Shown here piece after piece: positions 61,500-64,000 of a DNA stretch of 64,000 bases. The stretch is from Trichosphaerium sp. ATCC 40318. Its lineage: Eukaryota > Protista > Tubulinea. Position 1 is the first letter of the stretch, and each line of letters starts with the position of its first letter. The position numbers were made by a program, and so were the translations under genes. The notes beneath the pieces were generated by a model, which was given only the letters and a program-made list of their open reading frames with translations, was not told where the DNA came from and did not search any database. The stretch lies in NCBI GenBank assembly GCA_038496445.1, contig JALMLS010000015.1:727303-791302 (forward strand), in the 5' to 3' direction.

Positions 61500-62196
61500 T
61501 ACTACGTCTTGTGTGTGGCTTAGTTTTCGTTTCTTTTTTCTCGGTTCGAATGAGCTGTTTTGCATACAAGAAACAGTAGAAGAAGTGCTGCTCTCGTTTG
61601 AGTTTGAATATTATGAAAAAAAGCGAGTTTTCTAGTATTAACGAGGGTCTTTGTCGCTGTTTTTCTTACTTTGCAAGCTTGGTATTCCTTTGGTAAAGAC
61701 AAACAAGCTATCAGCTGTACAAACTAGTGGTATTCCTTTCAGTGACATGAATTCCTACGATATCTGAAAAAAAGAGTACATGTGTCGGTGGGTAAGATTG
61801 CTGTCATTGTACACGTGTATTCGAATATCATATGTAAACCGTTGAGTGTTGAATAGACTAGCTAGTCTATAATTTCTCTTGGTTATTCACTGCACAATTG
61901 AAATTATCGAAATTTCTAGTTTCAGTGTAAATATTTTTATGCACGTACAGTAATATTATTGTAGTGCTTTTTTTTTACCATGATAGCTATTAGATTGGAA
62001 CTGTGTAGTACCAGTAAACACAAACTGCGGTATATTCGGTTACCAGCTGGCTCTTTCTTGTCGCTACTTATCACTTGGTTTATAAGCGAGATACCAACGA
62101 AGTATGTTATCTGACGGCAGAATATGACAAATGATACAGTGACCATAAGCCTTAAAAAGTCAATCGGGGTAAGTTCCACTGATTTGCCCGGTACTA

Positions 62197-62502
62197 ATGC
62201 ATGCGACACAAACTACTGAAAGAGAAGTCTACTTGCTAAAACGCATACAAGATCTTGAAGCTAAAAAGAAATTCCTTATTGAAAGCATAGCAGACGTTGA
62301 AACAAAACTGAGGTTCAATTCAAAACAAGGAAGATATAACCGGCTTGATAGGTATAACTTTTCATTGTACGTGTCGCCTGAATTTCAAATACCTCTCCAG
62401 CGCATAATGGGTTACATAGACACCGCAGTGGGTATGTCAAAGTCAAGGGAAAATGGACAGTCGGGCATATTCCAGACACTTTTAAGGCAATGTTATTTAT
62501 AA
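62197..62502 (+). CDS. Hypothetical protein with a short coiled coil
   Basis: 101-aa ORF (LLKRIQDLEAKKKFL); boundaries uncertain. Confidence 0.35.
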   Translation: MHATQTTEREVYLLKRIQDLEAKKKFLIESIADVETKLRFNSKQGRYNRLDRYNFSLYVSPEFQIPLQRIMGYIDTAVGMSKSRENGQSGIFQTLLRQCYL

Positions 62503-62755
62503 GTGCCACAGCTAACTCAGGATGCTTAGGTAAATGTGAATGGCAGCCATTCAATGCTAAGTAACTGGACAGAGAGCACTGGGACGTTCGTTAATAACCC
62601 AAACGTGCTAATCAAAATGGGTTGTGAGCATAGAACACTAGGAAGTATTGACAAGAAGAAATTTGTATTATAAACAGAATAAGAAAGTTGTATTCAGTGT
62701 CAAACAAAAACTTTTAATGTTCGTTGCTAGTTTGAGTACAGGTAATTTTTCATGT

Positions 62756-63748
62756 TCATGAAATCGTACATTCTGATTGTGACTCAGGTTTGCCATCAGC
62801 ATCCCATTTTTTCTTGTCACATATTTTTCCATTGATATACGAACAGCTTTTATGCAATTGACCGTTTTCATGCCACCGCTTATACTCTCCATGGTATCTA
62901 TTATTAATGTAATAACATTGCTCCAATAATTGTCCATTTTCATACCACTTCTTACGTTCATATAGTTTGTCTTCTACTTGATGAATATGCTGATACAACT
63001 TACCACTTTCATACCATCTCTTTAATTCTCCTTGAGGTTTATTTTTTCCCATTGTGGTTATTACCATTAAATTATTATTTGGGTGCCATGCCTTGTACTC
63101 TCCTTCTAAGTTATCATCAACACAATGTGCCATTACTTTCCAAAGACCATTTCTGTACCACCTGTGAAGTTCACCTTCTCGTTTGCCGTTTACATAATAA
63201 CACAGCTCATACAACTGCCCATTTTTGTACCATGTCTTGCACTCACCTTCTTGTTTATCATTTACATACTGACAATGCCTAATAATTTGGCCACTCCAAA
63301 GCCACTCCTTGTAATCACCGTTTATTTTTCCATTAACAAAATCAGTTTTCTTTCTCAATAGACCAAATTCATCCCATACTTTACTCTCTCCATGTCGTTT
63401 ACCATGAACCATAATCTTCTGGGAGATAACTATTTTGTAAGCTGAGGTTTCAACATTTACAGCTCTTATTTTGTTCCATTTGCCGTGTTGTTTCATCTCA
63501 GAGTCATACCTCGTTGTTATTGCTGTGTATTTTGATAAAAGTGGCCACTTTAAATACACGTCTAGATCAAAATCGATAATTATGAGGTGTATCTCCACTG
63601 GGATGTTTAATAAATAACAATTTACCTAATTTATTATTTAAAGTTAATCACGTGCGTATTTTCGAGTATAACGTTTTCATACCTCATTTCCGCCCTCTCC
63701 GGATGCTGGTTTAATATTTCTTTCCATTAAACTTTGCATAAACTCCAT
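62756..63748 (-). CDS. F-box-like + MORN-variant repeat protein (the only uninterrupted copy)
   Basis: MEFMQSLMERNIKPASGEGGNE|VNCYLLNIPVEIHLIIIDFD..KWPLLSK..TRYDSEMKQHGKW plus MORN repeats in a single frame. Confidence 0.88.
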
Positions 63749-64000
63749 TCGCAGCGGTTGTGGACAAACTATTAAATGCGCTTAAGAAACTATTAAGTCT
63801 TGTTTCTGTATTACCCGCTTTGTGAACGCAATGAGATAAGTTAAGTGGTACAGGTCTTTGAGGATATTCTTCTTCATTGTTTATCTAGCTGTGTTAAATA
63901 GTACAATTGAACCTTAGGTTTTATAAAAACGTTGTGCAGTAAAGAAAACTTGAGAAATTTGTTTTAGAGGCTGAGTTCTCAAGTGACCTTATGATGTGGC

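Noticed and set aside
41013-63748. Endogenous giant-virus insertion suggested by MORN, F-box and LRR genes
   Set aside because: No viral hallmark genes (capsid, packaging ATPase, polB, primase) were seen. These genes carry host-type introns and are interleaved with housekeeping genes.
1-64000. Stop-codon reassignment or alternative genetic code
   Set aside because: Intact genes end in TAA, TAG and TGA, and their apparent internal stops all fall in introns. In-frame stops occur only in decayed loci.
1-64000. tRNA or rRNA genes
   Set aside because: No cloverleaf with a T-loop in proper context and no rRNA-like segment was noticed; a tRNAscan-SE/Infernal run would be needed to exclude them.

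Overview
This is AT-rich (roughly 35% GC by eye), gene-dense eukaryotic nuclear DNA with many short spliceosomal introns (mostly ~40-70 nt; donors GTACGT/GTAAGT/GTATGT, branch CTAAC/CTGAC). It uses the standard genetic code. The gene set (4E-BP, class C GPCR, BAR-SH3, F-box/MORN, F-box/LRR) suggests an amoeboid protist, possibly Amoebozoa; that is inference. The ORF track fragments most genes, so I rebuilt exon structures by hand and the coordinates are my manual reading. Contents: (i) eight copies or fragments of an unrecognised modular cell-surface protein family, in which one shared N-terminal domain carries either a TM+VPWSLR tail or a Pro-stalk/KRQ/GPI tail; it includes a chimera and a 2.8-kb inverted duplication; (ii) seven loci of a MORN-variant-repeat family, mostly with a basic first exon plus an F-box-like motif and mostly frameshifted or decayed; (iii) F-box-LRR genes and a divergent E1 ubiquitin-activating enzyme; (iv) housekeeping genes (4E-BP, BAR-SH3, SDR, DsbA/FrnE, BLES03-like, putative ATP synthase g); (v) LINE, Crypton-like and MITE-like remnants. 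The most striking signals are at least 51 copies of the palindrome CACGTG (about 6-7 expected from base composition) across promoters, 3' ends, introns and exons, and several non-canonical splice sites (GA-AG, GT-TG, two GC-AG) that are needed to keep otherwise intact genes in frame.
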